From positions 4,427 to 68,426 of the forward strand of contig PNLU01000003.1 of NCBI GenBank assembly GCA_013823245.1: a stretch of DNA of 64,000 bases, read 5' to 3'. The notes beneath the pieces were generated by a model. The model saw only the letters and a list, made by a program, of their open reading frames with translations, had not been told where the DNA came from and ran no database searches. The position numbers and the translations under genes are program-made. Shown piece after piece: positions 30,138-42,684 of the stretch. Source of the stretch: Alcanivorax sp. (GTDB lineage Bacteria > Pseudomonadota > Gammaproteobacteria > Pseudomonadales > Alcanivoracaceae). The first letter of the stretch is position 1. Every line of letters starts with the position of its first letter.

Positions 30138-32518
30138 CAGGCTGGCGGTGTCTGGTAGATGCCGATATAGGCATCTGGATTGGTGAACGCCGCCTCCTGA
30201 ACCACGTAACGCTGCCGCGTGGTATAAGTGTCAAGGCCGTGATCACTGCCGAACAGGCGCGCCAGATCCTCTTCATAATCCTGGCTCTCAATCACAAACC
30301 GGGCCGCCTCAGGCTTCTGATTGTCGGCCAGAACCAGCCGTATTTTTTGCCAGTCCTCGAAGAAGTATTCCTCGAGCAAGGGGACGATGCGCTGACTGAA
30401 GACCTGCGACAAGGCCACCAGCCGCTCGTCTCCGTCCGGCACTTGTGCAAGCGATGTGAAGTAAGCGTGGCCGATACAGTGGTCGCGATCATAAAGGGCC
30501 TCAACGCGCTGATTGATGGCAGACAACATGCGTGGAATGTCGATTACCTGCTCACCCAAACTCACCCGCAGATCAAACAGTGGCGCACCTGCTTCATTTC
30601 GAACATCCGGCAGCACAGGCACGAAGTCGAACCGGCGACGCAGCGCCGTATCCAGCAGCGCCAGCGACCTGTCCGCCGTGTTCATGGTGCCGATGATGTC
30701 TACATTGGCGGGCACCGAGAAGGATTCGCCCGAGTAGGGCAAGGTGACCGAGATAGCATTTTCCGCACCCTCGCGCTTGTCCGGCTCGATCAAGGTGATC
30801 AGTTCACCGAAGATCTTGCTGATGTTGCCCCGGTTGATTTCGTCGATAACCATAGCAAAGCGCTGATCCGGGGTGAGGCGTGCCTTACGGCATAACTCCT
30901 TGAAGGCACCGGCGCGTATCTCGTACTTGATCGCGCCAGATTCAGTGTCGCCCTCCAGCACCGGACGCAGGCCCTCCACGAACTCCTCATAGCCATACGA
31001 TTGATGGAAGGTGACAAAGCTGTAGTGCCGAAGAATTTCCGAAGACTGAGCACCAGCTCGATACTCCTCAAGCAAGACAACGAGGTCGACGCATGCTTCC
31101 TCCCATTCTCCGGCGAGCTGCCAGACAGAGTCTTCACTCTTGTCAAAAACTTGTGGGCTAAGGCGGCGGCTGGTTCTTACCGTCGTTGATTCATCGATCG
31201 TATGCGCTTGCAATGTGCCCCAGATGGTTTGCCGCTGATTTTTCTCTCGTCCCTTTGTGACTGAAACTACCTTGATGAAGGGGTGCTCCAGTAGCTGGCT
31301 CACATTGGCCTTGCCACCAAGGTCGACCAATGCCAGGAGGGCAGCCTCCCACCATTTCAGCGGCGCAATTCTGTCAGCGATAAACTGGCTTTGCCATTGC
31401 GCCGCAGACACCGATGTCGTTGCCTGCTCATAGTCACGCCGCAGCAACTTGGAAACCTCGTACGTCTTGCCGGTCCCGGGCGGTCCGTAGTAAATGCGAT
31501 TGAAGGCTTGCGTGACAGCGGCATCCATCGGTGGCTCCTCGTCATCGGATTCCTCGTCAGATTCCTCCGGATCATCCCGCAGCTGGTCAGGCCACAGACC
31601 AGGGCGTTCGGTTTCCAACACCAACCACTCGTCCAGGGTTTCGCGCTCGGCCACCAAGGCAGCTTCGATTTTCGCCACCAGATCGTCGGTCAGTGGCTCT
31701 CGGTTCAACTTGGGCACCGTGCCGACATCACGTGTCCAGGATATCTTTCGGGTGCGGGTGCCACGGATCACACCGAGCACGCCGATCGCACGCTCACTGC
31801 CAGGGTTCTTGCGGCCAAAGCGCACCTGAATCCCTTTGCCCATGTGCCACCAATCCAGCCCTGCCGCGTGAACGGCTCTGGCCAGCCGGCAAAACGTAGC
31901 CTTGTCCTGCGCCGACCAAGAAGCCCGGAAGGTTTTGAAGGCGGGCTTGCCATCGAAGTGTTTGAGCAGATCCTCATCACTCAGCTTTTCGCCCAAATCC
32001 AGCTTGGCCACCACTTCGTCGTAGCGAATGCGGAACTGGCGAATGGCCTCGATGCTCCAATCCACCAGCTCAGCCAGCGATTTGCCCAGTCCTTCCGAGG
32101 CTGGAAGCATAGCGACGATAGGTGACCCGTTGTCGTAGCCGCCGCGCAGTGCAAGGTAGCCACGACGCGCGGGTGCACCCTCATCAAGCCCGACCGTGTC
32201 AATCTTGACCACAAAACCGTCGCCGGCCCCAATACCAACCGTATAAGCCAGCTCCTTCGGTGAATCCTTTGCGGGGTAGATGCGCGCCCAGTTATACGGC
32301 AGAAAGGAATTCGCCTGGCTGGTCGGGCGCTTGCGAACCTTGACCACACCCGTCGGGAACAACTTGGTCTTCACCTCGTTGGCCCACGACTCGGTCACCT
32401 CGTAGGCCTTCTTCAGTTCCTCATAGGCGCGGTTCTGCTCGGGGTTGGATTCGTCGCGCTTTTGCCCCTTCCACTTATTCAGCAGTTTGAAGTGGTCACT
32501 GGTGAAGTAGTCCGCCAT
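30137..32518 (-). CDS. mcrB: McrB-family AAA+ GTPase with extended N-terminal domains
   Basis: GPPGTGKT, FVTFHQSYGYEEFVEG, IDEINRGN, McrB signature MNTADRS, ALRRRF and IGHAYF. Confidence 0.88.
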   Translation of the reverse strand: MADYFTSDHFKLLNKWKGQKRDESNPEQNRAYEELKKAYEVTESWANEVKTKLFPTGVVKVRKRPTSQANSFLPYNWARIYPAKDSPKELAYTVGIGAGDGFVVKIDTVGLDEGAPARRGYLALRGGYDNGSPIVAMLPASEGLGKSLAELVDWSIEAIRQFRIRYDEVVAKLDLGEKLSDEDLLKHFDGKPAFKTFRASWSAQDKATFCRLARAVHAAGLDWWHMGKGIQVRFGRKNPGSERAIGVLGVIRGTRTRKISWTRDVGTVPKLNREPLTDDLVAKIEAALVAERETLDEWLVLETERPGLWPDQLRDDPEESDEESDDEEPPMDAAVTQAFNRIYYGPPGTGKTYEVSKLLRRDYEQATTSVSAAQWQSQFIADRIAPLKWWEAALLALVDLGGKANVSQLLEHPFIKVVSVTKGREKNQRQTIWGTLQAHTIDESTTVRTSRRLSPQVFDKSEDSVWQLAGEWEEACVDLVVLLEEYRAGAQSSEILRHYSFVTFHQSYGYEEFVEGLRPVLEGDTESGAIKYEIRAGAFKELCRKARLTPDQRFAMVIDEINRGNISKIFGELITLIEPDKREGAENAISVTLPYSGESFSVPANVDIIGTMNTADRSLALLDTALRRRFDFVPVLPDVRNEAGAPLFDLRVSLGEQVIDIPRMLSAINQRVEALYDRDHCIGHAYFTSLAQVPDGDERLVALSQVFSQRIVPLLEEYFFEDWQKIRLVLADNQKPEAARFVIESQDYEEDLARLFGSDHGLDTYTTRQRYVVQEAAFTNPDAYIGIYQTPPA

Positions 32519-32524
32519 GTTCTC

Positions 32525-33277
32525 TTATATCCCCTCAACATCCATTCCGTGTTCCGCCAGCCAGGCCCTGCGCTGGGCATAGTCGGGCATGGCGCGCTCG
32601 ACGCGTAGCCAGAAGGCAGGGGTGTGGTGCGGCTCGTGCAGATGGGCAATCTCGTGCACCACCACATATTCCGCTATACCCGCCGGCAGCAAGATCGTTT
32701 TCCAGTGGAAGTACAGCCAGTCACCCTTGCCGCAAGAACCCCAGCGATAGCCGAGGTCCTGCACCTTCACGCCAGCCGGTGCTACCTCCATGCGTGACTG
32801 GTAGTCGGCTACCCGGCCCGACAGCCAGACCCGAGCCCGCTCGCTATACCAGCGAATGAAATGCTCCCGTGCGCCTGCCTTCGCATCGTGGCGCAGCGCA
32901 AAGCGGCCACTCACCAGCTTCAAGGGTGCGCCTTGGTCATCGACCAATTTCAGCCGATGGCTGCGCCCCAGATACAGGAAACCCTCGCCATCAACGAACT
33001 CTTTGCGCGGCACCTGCCGTTGTAGCCGATCCTTCTCGGCCAGCTTGGTGTAGATCCAGAAGCGCTTCTCGCTGACAAACTCACGGAGTTGGTCGATGCC
33101 CACATCGGGCGGCGCGCTCACAATCAGCTCCCCCGTTCTTTCCACCGTGATTTGCATCGTCCGGCGCCGAGCACTGCGACGTAGCGTAAACTGCAAGTCG
33201 TCCACGTGGATGCAAGCCTCTGCTTCGGCGGCAGGACTGTTGCCGTGTGGATGGGCCGGTTTCAGCGAAGTCTGCAT
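32525..33277 (-). CDS. M48/SprT-like (YgjP/DUF45) zinc metallopeptidase family protein
   Basis: RWGSC, YVVVHEIAHLHEPHHTPAFW (HExxH); typical partner downstream of hsdR. Confidence 0.88.
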   Translation of the reverse strand: MQTSLKPAHPHGNSPAAEAEACIHVDDLQFTLRRSARRRTMQITVERTGELIVSAPPDVGIDQLREFVSEKRFWIYTKLAEKDRLQRQVPRKEFVDGEGFLYLGRSHRLKLVDDQGAPLKLVSGRFALRHDAKAGAREHFIRWYSERARVWLSGRVADYQSRMEVAPAGVKVQDLGYRWGSCGKGDWLYFHWKTILLPAGIAEYVVVHEIAHLHEPHHTPAFWLRVERAMPDYAQRRAWLAEHGMDVEGI

Positions 33278-33280
33278 GCG

Positions 33281-36200
33281 TTACACCTGCACCAGCTTGT
33301 CGTGGTTGGCGCGCGCCTGTTCCATCAGCCTGTCTGCCAGCACACCCGCCATGTCGGTATCCACCAGGGGTGGCCGCAGGCGCATCAGATGCTCGAACAA
33401 TTGCGTGTTCAAGTCTTCCTGAGCGGCGCGTTTATGGGGGCTCCAGATATCACGGTTGCCTTGCAGCTCTTGCACCAGAAGATCCACCAGTTCCACGGTT
33501 ACATCTTTCAGGCGCAACAGCTGGGTGGCGCTGGGTGTCTGGCCTACGCACACCACATCCAGCAGCGTGCGCAAAAACGGCGCGCAGTGCTCGGGCAGGT
33601 CGCTTGGCGCATCGTCACTCCCGGCCTTGCCGGTGCGCAGCTCGTCGATGATTTTCTGCAGCTGCGAGATTACCTCGCTCCACTGCTCGCCGAGCGTTTT
33701 CAGAATGTCGTTCAAACGCTCCGAAAGTTTGCGGTACAGCACCGGGTCTTCATCGACGTGCTTGCGGATGTGTGAGCGAATCGCGTGTTCCATCTCCGAA
33801 GCCACTGCGCGACTGGCTTCCGCACCGGCGTCATCGGCGGTCTTTCGCAGATGCTTTTCAAAGGCCACATCGGTGAGCTGAATCGGTGGGATCTTAGGAT
33901 CGATGCCCAGCGAGATCACATGGTCGTCAATCAGCTTGCGCACTTTGGCGCCGACATCCTTGCCCAGTACCGGCGTGTCCTTGTAGCGGTTACGGGCGCG
34001 GGCGTAGATATAAGCAAGCTTCTTGGCGTCCTTGGTGTAGGGCAAGCCCTCTGGTCGTGGCAGCACCGTATCCAGTGACCCGAGGAAGGCCTTGAGCTTG
34101 ACGGCAAACTCGGCGCGCAGCTTCTCGCTGCGCAGCGCCTCGATGCAGGCTTCGCTGTCCTCCAGCGATTCAATACCGCGCTGGCGGAACAGATCCACCA
34201 GGCGCAGATGGCGGTCGCGCAGTATCGGCACCTCGTCCTTCAGGCTGGCCAGCGCGCCTGCTACGTCTTCATCGGCGTAGGCCGCCAGCGCCTCCTTCAA
34301 ATGCTGCGCCACGCCGTAGTAGTCCACCACGATGCCGCAGCGCTTGCCGAAGCCGGTGCGGTTGACGCGAGCAATCGCCTGCAGCAATTCCGCCTCGCGG
34401 ATCGGTCGGTCAAGGTACATCACGCCCTCGATCGGCGCATCAAAGCCGGTGAGCAACATCGATTTCACCACCAGGAAGGCCAGCGGGTCGGTCTTCTCGG
34501 GCCTGGCATTGAACAAGGGCTTTTTGAAGCGCTTGATCAGCTGGTCGTGCGCCGTGCCATCGGTCCACGGCTTCCAAGCCGGGTCGTCGTTGTTGCTGCC
34601 CGAAATGATGGGCGCGAATTCAATGCGCGCCAGGGTGTCGCGGTAGCGCCAGGCCTGCACCACCGCCTGGATGCTCACCGAGCGCTGACACAGCGCCTCG
34701 TCATCCAGCGCCTTGTCCCCGGGAGAAAGCGCGTGGGCCTCGGCCAACAGCTCATCGCGGGCTGACCGCAGGGCCTCGAAATATCGAATCGCCGCCAACC
34801 GGCTGTACGCCACCACCTGTGCCTTGTAACCGTTGGGCAGGATGTTGGTCACGTAGTGGCGCAAGATGTCGCGCGCCTTGTCGGCGATCAGCGCCGGGGC
34901 GTCAAAGATGTGGCCCTTGGTGGCGTACTTCTTCTTAATGGCCTCCAGCTCTTCGGGGCTGTGCTGACGGAACAGGTCCTCAAACAGCTCGTCCAGGCTG
35001 GCGCCGTCCTTGATAGCGCCGCTGGCTGTGCGGCCCTCGTAGAGCACCGGCACCGTGGCACCGTCGGCCTCAGCTTCCTTGATGGTGTACTTGTCGATGA
35101 ACTCGCCAAAGATCTCGTGGGTGCGCTTTTTGTCGCCCATGATGATCGGCGTGCCGGTAAAGCCGATGCGTGCGCAGTTGGGCAGGCCCGCCAACAGGTT
35201 GGCATGCAGGTCGCCCGCCTGGGTGCGGTGCGCCTCGTCCACCAGCACGAGGATGCTATCGTCCTCGTTCAGCACCTCGAACTTTTCGTCGGGTTTGTAG
35301 GGGGCCTTCGGTTCTTTTACGCTGGGTTCGGGCACCTTCGGCAGATCGTCTGCGGTCAGCGGCGCATCACCGACGCTGTCCGGGTCGCGGTATTTTTGAA
35401 TGGTGGCAAAGATCAGCCCCGGGCCCTTACGCCGCGCCAGCGCCTTCACGCCGTGGGTGCTCTCGGCCACATCCACCACCTCGCCGGTCAGCGTGGCGGT
35501 CACCGACAACTGGCCCTGCAGGTCCTTGCGGTCGGTGACGACGATAACCTTGAAGCGCCGCAGTTGCGCGTCCGCGCGCATCTTGCGCACCAGGAACACC
35601 ATGGTCAGCGATTTGCCCGAGCCCTGGGTGTGCCAGATGATGCCGCCGCGCTGGTCGTGTTCGCCGTGCTGCAGCCGCGTCGGACCGGTCTTGAGGCACG
35701 CAATCGCCCGATTCACTGCCCGGTACTGCTGGTAGCGGCACACCGTCTTGACGGTCTGGCCGCCGGTCTGCATGAACAACATGAAGTTTTTCACCACATC
35801 CAGCAAATGCGCGGGGGCCAGCAGCCCGGCGATCAGACGTTCCTGCTCGGAGAGGGCTGGCTTGCCGAGTGCCTGCGCCACCTCGATCTCACTGCCCGTC
35901 CCATCCGGGCCGACCACCGTTTTCCACTGCGCGTAGTGCTCAAAAGCTGCGCCCACGCAGCCTACCCGCGCCTCGTCGAAGCTGGTGGCCACCAATAGCT
36001 GGTTGGTGGCGAACAAAGACTCGTTGCCCTCGTTGTCATCAACCTCGAAGGCGGCCTTGCGCTGGTTGCTGTAGCGCCGCAGTTGGTCCACCGCCTCGGC
36101 CAGCGGCTCGGGGACGGACGGGCTCTTGCACTCCACCACCACCAGCGGGATGCCGTTCACCAGCAGTACCAGATCGGGCACGATGAATTGCTTGGCGCTG

Positions 36201-36631
36201 TTGAAGCCGGGCGGGCAATCCACGCGGTACTGGTTGATCACCGTAAAGCGGTTGTTGGCCGGGGTGTCCCAGTCGATGTAGCGGAGGGTCTGGCCGCGCC
36301 CACCGTCCCAGCCGGGCAGGCCCTCCACCGTCAGGCCACAGATCAACAACGAGGTCGCCTTTTCGTTGGCCTCCATCAACTTGTGAGTGCCCAGCCGGGT
36401 GATGGCGGATACCGCCTCCGACAGCCGCGCCTCGTCCAGCCAGGGCGCACCGTCAGGCCCCAGGTTCAGCGCGCGCAGTTGATCGCGTAGCACCCCCTCC
36501 TGAATAACGTCGGTAAAACTGGCTCGACCCGTGACTGATGGGGCATCAAGACTGCCCGCGTTATAGCCCCAACCGAGTGCCTGCAACTGGGTTACGAAGG
36601 GTTTTTCAACGTCATCAAGTTCCCAGCCCAT
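33281..36631 (-). CDS. hsdR: Type I restriction enzyme R subunit (~1116 aa)
   Basis: PDLVLLVNGIPLVVVECK nuclease, HTQGSGKS, DEAH, FTGTP, MLLTGFDAP and QAIARVNR. ATG at 36631 overlaps the hsdS TGA. Confidence 0.95.
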   Translation of the reverse strand: MGWELDDVEKPFVTQLQALGWGYNAGSLDAPSVTGRASFTDVIQEGVLRDQLRALNLGPDGAPWLDEARLSEAVSAITRLGTHKLMEANEKATSLLICGLTVEGLPGWDGGRGQTLRYIDWDTPANNRFTVINQYRVDCPPGFNSAKQFIVPDLVLLVNGIPLVVVECKSPSVPEPLAEAVDQLRRYSNQRKAAFEVDDNEGNESLFATNQLLVATSFDEARVGCVGAAFEHYAQWKTVVGPDGTGSEIEVAQALGKPALSEQERLIAGLLAPAHLLDVVKNFMLFMQTGGQTVKTVCRYQQYRAVNRAIACLKTGPTRLQHGEHDQRGGIIWHTQGSGKSLTMVFLVRKMRADAQLRRFKVIVVTDRKDLQGQLSVTATLTGEVVDVAESTHGVKALARRKGPGLIFATIQKYRDPDSVGDAPLTADDLPKVPEPSVKEPKAPYKPDEKFEVLNEDDSILVLVDEAHRTQAGDLHANLLAGLPNCARIGFTGTPIIMGDKKRTHEIFGEFIDKYTIKEAEADGATVPVLYEGRTASGAIKDGASLDELFEDLFRQHSPEELEAIKKKYATKGHIFDAPALIADKARDILRHYVTNILPNGYKAQVVAYSRLAAIRYFEALRSARDELLAEAHALSPGDKALDDEALCQRSVSIQAVVQAWRYRDTLARIEFAPIISGSNNDDPAWKPWTDGTAHDQLIKRFKKPLFNARPEKTDPLAFLVVKSMLLTGFDAPIEGVMYLDRPIREAELLQAIARVNRTGFGKRCGIVVDYYGVAQHLKEALAAYADEDVAGALASLKDEVPILRDRHLRLVDLFRQRGIESLEDSEACIEALRSEKLRAEFAVKLKAFLGSLDTVLPRPEGLPYTKDAKKLAYIYARARNRYKDTPVLGKDVGAKVRKLIDDHVISLGIDPKIPPIQLTDVAFEKHLRKTADDAGAEASRAVASEMEHAIRSHIRKHVDEDPVLYRKLSERLNDILKTLGEQWSEVISQLQKIIDELRTGKAGSDDAPSDLPEHCAPFLRTLLDVVCVGQTPSATQLLRLKDVTVELVDLLVQELQGNRDIWSPHKRAAQEDLNTQLFEHLMRLRPPLVDTDMAGVLADRLMEQARANHDKLVQV

Positions 36632-37840
36632 CAGGCGCTCCTCTTTTGTTGTACTGCTTCGGCAAGCAATGCCGTGACGCGGACGCGGCCGGTGAGGAGA
36701 TCGTCCATGAGGCCCGTCTTCTCTGCCCAAAGCTTCTCGATGCTTTGTTCCTCCAGACGAAGGCGGGTTTCAATTGCATCCACACGCTCCATGAGCAACC
36801 GTTGCTCTTCAAGCACCGGGACCGCTAAGCGTAGGTTTCGAACATCACGAAGTGTGACTTTCGGTCGCGTCACCCCCGCCGTGATTTGCTCTACTTGTTT
36901 GGCGACTGATGGAGCATTGATAAAGACCGACATCCATCCGGGAAGGATTCGGCCCAGGTTAGGCCGCAATCGGACAATGTCTGCAGTCACTACACCATTC
37001 GGCATCGAAGCTGGATAGACGGCGGCAACACAGGGTGGAAGCCCCATTTTTGTAGCCACGACGTCGCCTGGTACTACCTCGTGTGCAGCGAGCGCCTGTG
37101 CCTTTCTGCCGCTCACATAGACGTTGCTCTTCCAGATCAGACAGCCCGGCTTTACGTCCCGAACGAACACGACCGGAACACCCGTTGCTCGATAATCAGA
37201 CGCCACGAGATCGCTTCCAAACGGCCCGATTACGGAGCTCGTCGTGAGATTTGAGACGAAATCGACTTTCCACTCTTTCGGGATCCACCCCAGCGGCGAC
37301 TGCTTGTAGAGATGCGGCGCCTCGGCCTGGGGCGGGCGCAGTTCGCCGTTGGCGTCGATGCCGCACGTCAGCAGGTCGTGCAGCAGGCCCTGCTTGACGG
37401 CCTTGAGCTTGGCGATGATCGCCTCGGTTTGGTGGATGGCGGTGTCGAGGGTGTCGAGGATTTGGGCGATCTGCTGCCGCTCAATCAGCCGAGGACGGTC
37501 AACAGTTAGTGCATAGGCGTCGTTTCGATTCAGGCCAGGAACACCCGTTGAGCTATCAAGTCGCGTCAACGGCAACCATTTCAAAATCCAATAGATCCAC
37601 CGTCTATCCTCGGGGGCACAGTTTACCCAATACGTCGTATCAATTGGCCAGAACGGCTCGTCTGACCACGTGACTTTCCCGACACTGCCCTTGCGCCCTA
37701 CGATGATGCCGGGCTCCGGGATCAAGTACTTGTGGTGTCTTCCAACTTCGCCATTCGATCCAAAAACAGGAAAGCCGTGACCGGAGCGCGCCTCAGCAGG
37801 CATTGCTTCGCCATACTCAAGGATCAGTATCGAACCCAAC

Positions 37841-37848
<8 letters not shown>
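36631..37848 (-). CDS. hsdS: Type I R-M specificity subunit
   Basis: Two TRDs, each followed by a conserved helix (EQ..I..ILD.LD..I...E....[13 protein letters not shown]; [15 protein letters not shown]), joined by [13 protein letters not shown]. Confidence 0.93.
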
Positions 37849-40366
<2,518 letters not shown>

Positions 40367-40424
40367 GTCAAAAGTCCAGTCAAAGTCGGTTTTTCTGTTT
40401 TGTTCGTTCGCTGGGCGCGCTGCA

Positions 40425-41339
40425 TCAGTTGGCCTTGCCCAGAATGTTTTGTGAGCCTGGCGAGCGGTAGCCCGGCGCCAGCACGGCATTTTTTACACCG
40501 TACAACACCAGATGATCTTTCAACCATAACCGGTATTCGTAGCCACGCAGGCTGTGGTCAGGGGAGCAGTCGACGCTCCATTTGCGCAGGATGTATCCAG
40601 CCGTAGCCGCGCGCAGCTTCATCCGCAGCACGCCACCTTGCATGCTGTAGTCCATCTCAGTGATCTCTGGTCGGGGTTGATCCGGGTGCGGCACCAGCTC
40701 CAGCTCGACGATGCGGGTCCATTGGATGTCCTGATCGCTCCTCTCGCAGGGCGCCACTGGCTGCCCCTTGAGCACCACAGGCTTCTTGATCCGGGTGATG
40801 ACGAAATCCCTGAACCCCTGGGTTTTGCGATCAAACGCACGGACGTGCCAGCGCAACCCGGTGTCGATCAACGCAAACGGGACGATCTCACGCTCAGTCT
40901 CGCCACTCGACAAGGAGTGGTAGGCGACTTTCAGCGGGCGCTCCTGGTGGATGGCCCGCGTGACGCATGCGAGAGTGTCGAGACCTGGTTTTGTGAGCCT
41001 GGAAGGGACCTCACAGGTAATCCAGGACTTGAGGGCGGAAGGCTCACCGTCACCGAAGCCCTGTGACAGCCACGCCAAGACCCGCTCTGCCGGGAAGTCA
41101 AAGACGGGCGCAAAACCGTCTGCGCACCCGTACACCTTGTTCTTAGTGTCGTAGTCCAGATTGCCTGGGGCGAGATCCTTGTAGATCCCGATATCCCGGG
41201 TTGCCGCCGCCACCTGTATGCCGAAACGCGACACCAGATCTTGACGACGAATCTCTCCGATGAAGCGCAGGCGCAACTCGATGAACGCAAGCCGGTCGCG
41301 CTGGGGCTGGGTCAGGTCTGCAAGCTGTTCGTTGGACAT
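40425..41339 (-). CDS. wHTH-WYL-WCX transcriptional regulator (BrxR/CapW-like)
   Basis: N-terminal wHTH ([20 protein letters not shown]...AATRDI..Y) and WYL core (YHSLSSG...R.IVPFAL...RWHVRAFD...FRDFVITRI); first gene of the defence operon. Confidence 0.88.
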   Translation of the reverse strand: MSNEQLADLTQPQRDRLAFIELRLRFIGEIRRQDLVSRFGIQVAAATRDIGIYKDLAPGNLDYDTKNKVYGCADGFAPVFDFPAERVLAWLSQGFGDGEPSALKSWITCEVPSRLTKPGLDTLACVTRAIHQERPLKVAYHSLSSGETEREIVPFALIDTGLRWHVRAFDRKTQGFRDFVITRIKKPVVLKGQPVAPCERSDQDIQWTRIVELELVPHPDQPRPEITEMDYSMQGGVLRMKLRAATAGYILRKWSVDCSPDHSLRGYEYRLWLKDHLVLYGVKNAVLAPGYRSPGSQNILGKAN

Positions 41340-41511
41340 CCTGGCTGCCGCTTCGGGTTAATGATCGCCAGTTCATACTTTAATGATCAGTATATTCCTC
41401 ACACTATAATCTGTCGATAAATTGACGCTGCGTAGGAGTCCATCGCATTTTATTACTTACATAGGGCCACAATGAGCGGGGGCCGATGGGAAAGCAGGCC
41501 TTTGCCAAAAT

Positions 41512-41567
41512 TGGGTGTAAATGGGCGTCTTAGTGGATGCACCTCGAAAATGGGTGTAAATGGGCGT
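41512..41567 (+). repeat. Perfect 17-bp direct repeat upstream of fic
   Basis: TGGGTGTAAATGGGCGT at 41512-41528 and 41551-41567; the second copy ends 11 bp before the ATG. Confidence 0.85.
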
Positions 41568-41578
41568 AGTATTGGTTC

Positions 41579-42628
41579 ATGCTGAAAACTGACACCATCC
41601 AGATCACCCCGGAGATGCTGAGCCTCATCGCCAGGATCGACGAGTTCAAGGGCGCCTGGCGCGCCTTGGGCACGCTCGCGCCCGACCGGCTGTTGGCCCT
41701 GCGCCGCGTAGCCACCATCGAGAGCATCGGCTCATCGACCCGCATCGAGGGCAGCAAGCTGTCCGACCGGGAAGTGGAGCAGTTGCTGTCGAACCTGGAG
41801 ATCAAGTCTTTTGCTACCCGCGACGAGCAGGAAGTGGCTGGCTACGCCGAGCTGATGGATCTGGCCTTCACGTCCTGGCAGGACATCCCGTTCACAGAGA
41901 ACCACATCAAACAGTTGCACCAGGTCCTGCTGCGCTATAGCGAGAAGGACACCTGGCATCGCGGCAGCTACAAGACCAACTCGAACAGCGTCGCCGCCTT
42001 CGACGAGACCGGCGCGCAGATCGGCATCGTGTTCCAGACAGCGTCGCCCTTCGACACGCCCCGCCTGATGAGGGAGCTGGTGGCCTGGGTGAACCAGGAG
42101 CGCGAGACGGCTCGTCTGCACCCGCTGCTGATCATCGCCCTGTGCGTCGTCGTGTTCCTGGAGATCCATCCGTTCCAGGACGGCAACGGGCGGCTCTCCC
42201 GCGTGCTGACCACGCTCCTGCTTCTGCAGGCCGGTTACGCCTATGTGCCGTACAGCTCGCTGGAAAGCGTGGTCGAGCAAAGCAAGGAGGCGTACTACCT
42301 GGCTTTGCGGCAGACACAGGGCACGATCCGCTCTGATGCACCGAACTGGCAGCCGTGGCTGATGTTCTTCCTGCGCTCTCTGGCCGAGCAGGTACGACGC
42401 CTGGAGAAAAAAGTCGAGCGCGAGAAGATCGTGCTGGCAGCCATGCCGGAACTACAGCTACAGATCGTCGAGTTCGCCCGCGAGCACGGCCGCGTCACCA
42501 TCGGCGAGGCTATCAAACTGACCGGGGCCAGCCGCAACACGCTGAAGCAGCACTTCCGGACACTGGTCGAGCGCGGCACGCTTGCTCAGCACGGCGGTGG
42601 CCGTGGGGTTTGGTACGATCTACGCTGA
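41579..42628 (+). CDS. Fic-domain protein (class II autoinhibited) with C-terminal HTH
   Basis: [12 protein letters not shown] catalytic motif, N-terminal STRIEG inhibitory motif (S/T-xxx-E-G/N), C-terminal wHTH ([30 protein letters not shown]). Confidence 0.92.
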   Translation: MLKTDTIQITPEMLSLIARIDEFKGAWRALGTLAPDRLLALRRVATIESIGSSTRIEGSKLSDREVEQLLSNLEIKSFATRDEQEVAGYAELMDLAFTSWQDIPFTENHIKQLHQVLLRYSEKDTWHRGSYKTNSNSVAAFDETGAQIGIVFQTASPFDTPRLMRELVAWVNQERETARLHPLLIIALCVVVFLEIHPFQDGNGRLSRVLTTLLLLQAGYAYVPYSSLESVVEQSKEAYYLALRQTQGTIRSDAPNWQPWLMFFLRSLAEQVRRLEKKVEREKIVLAAMPELQLQIVEFAREHGRVTIGEAIKLTGASRNTLKQHFRTLVERGTLAQHGGGRGVWYDLR

Positions 42629-42684
42629 GAACTGCGGGACGCGGGTTCGATTCGCGTTCTGTGACCTATCACCGGAGAACCGCC

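Noticed and set aside
33281-36730. ORF-track N-terminal extensions of hsdR (36730), hsdM (40489), leuA (60301), LLM (42355), dnaK (20689) and smpB (27081)
   Set aside because: They overlap neighbouring genes or lack an RBS. Family-typical starts lie downstream and are used in the features.
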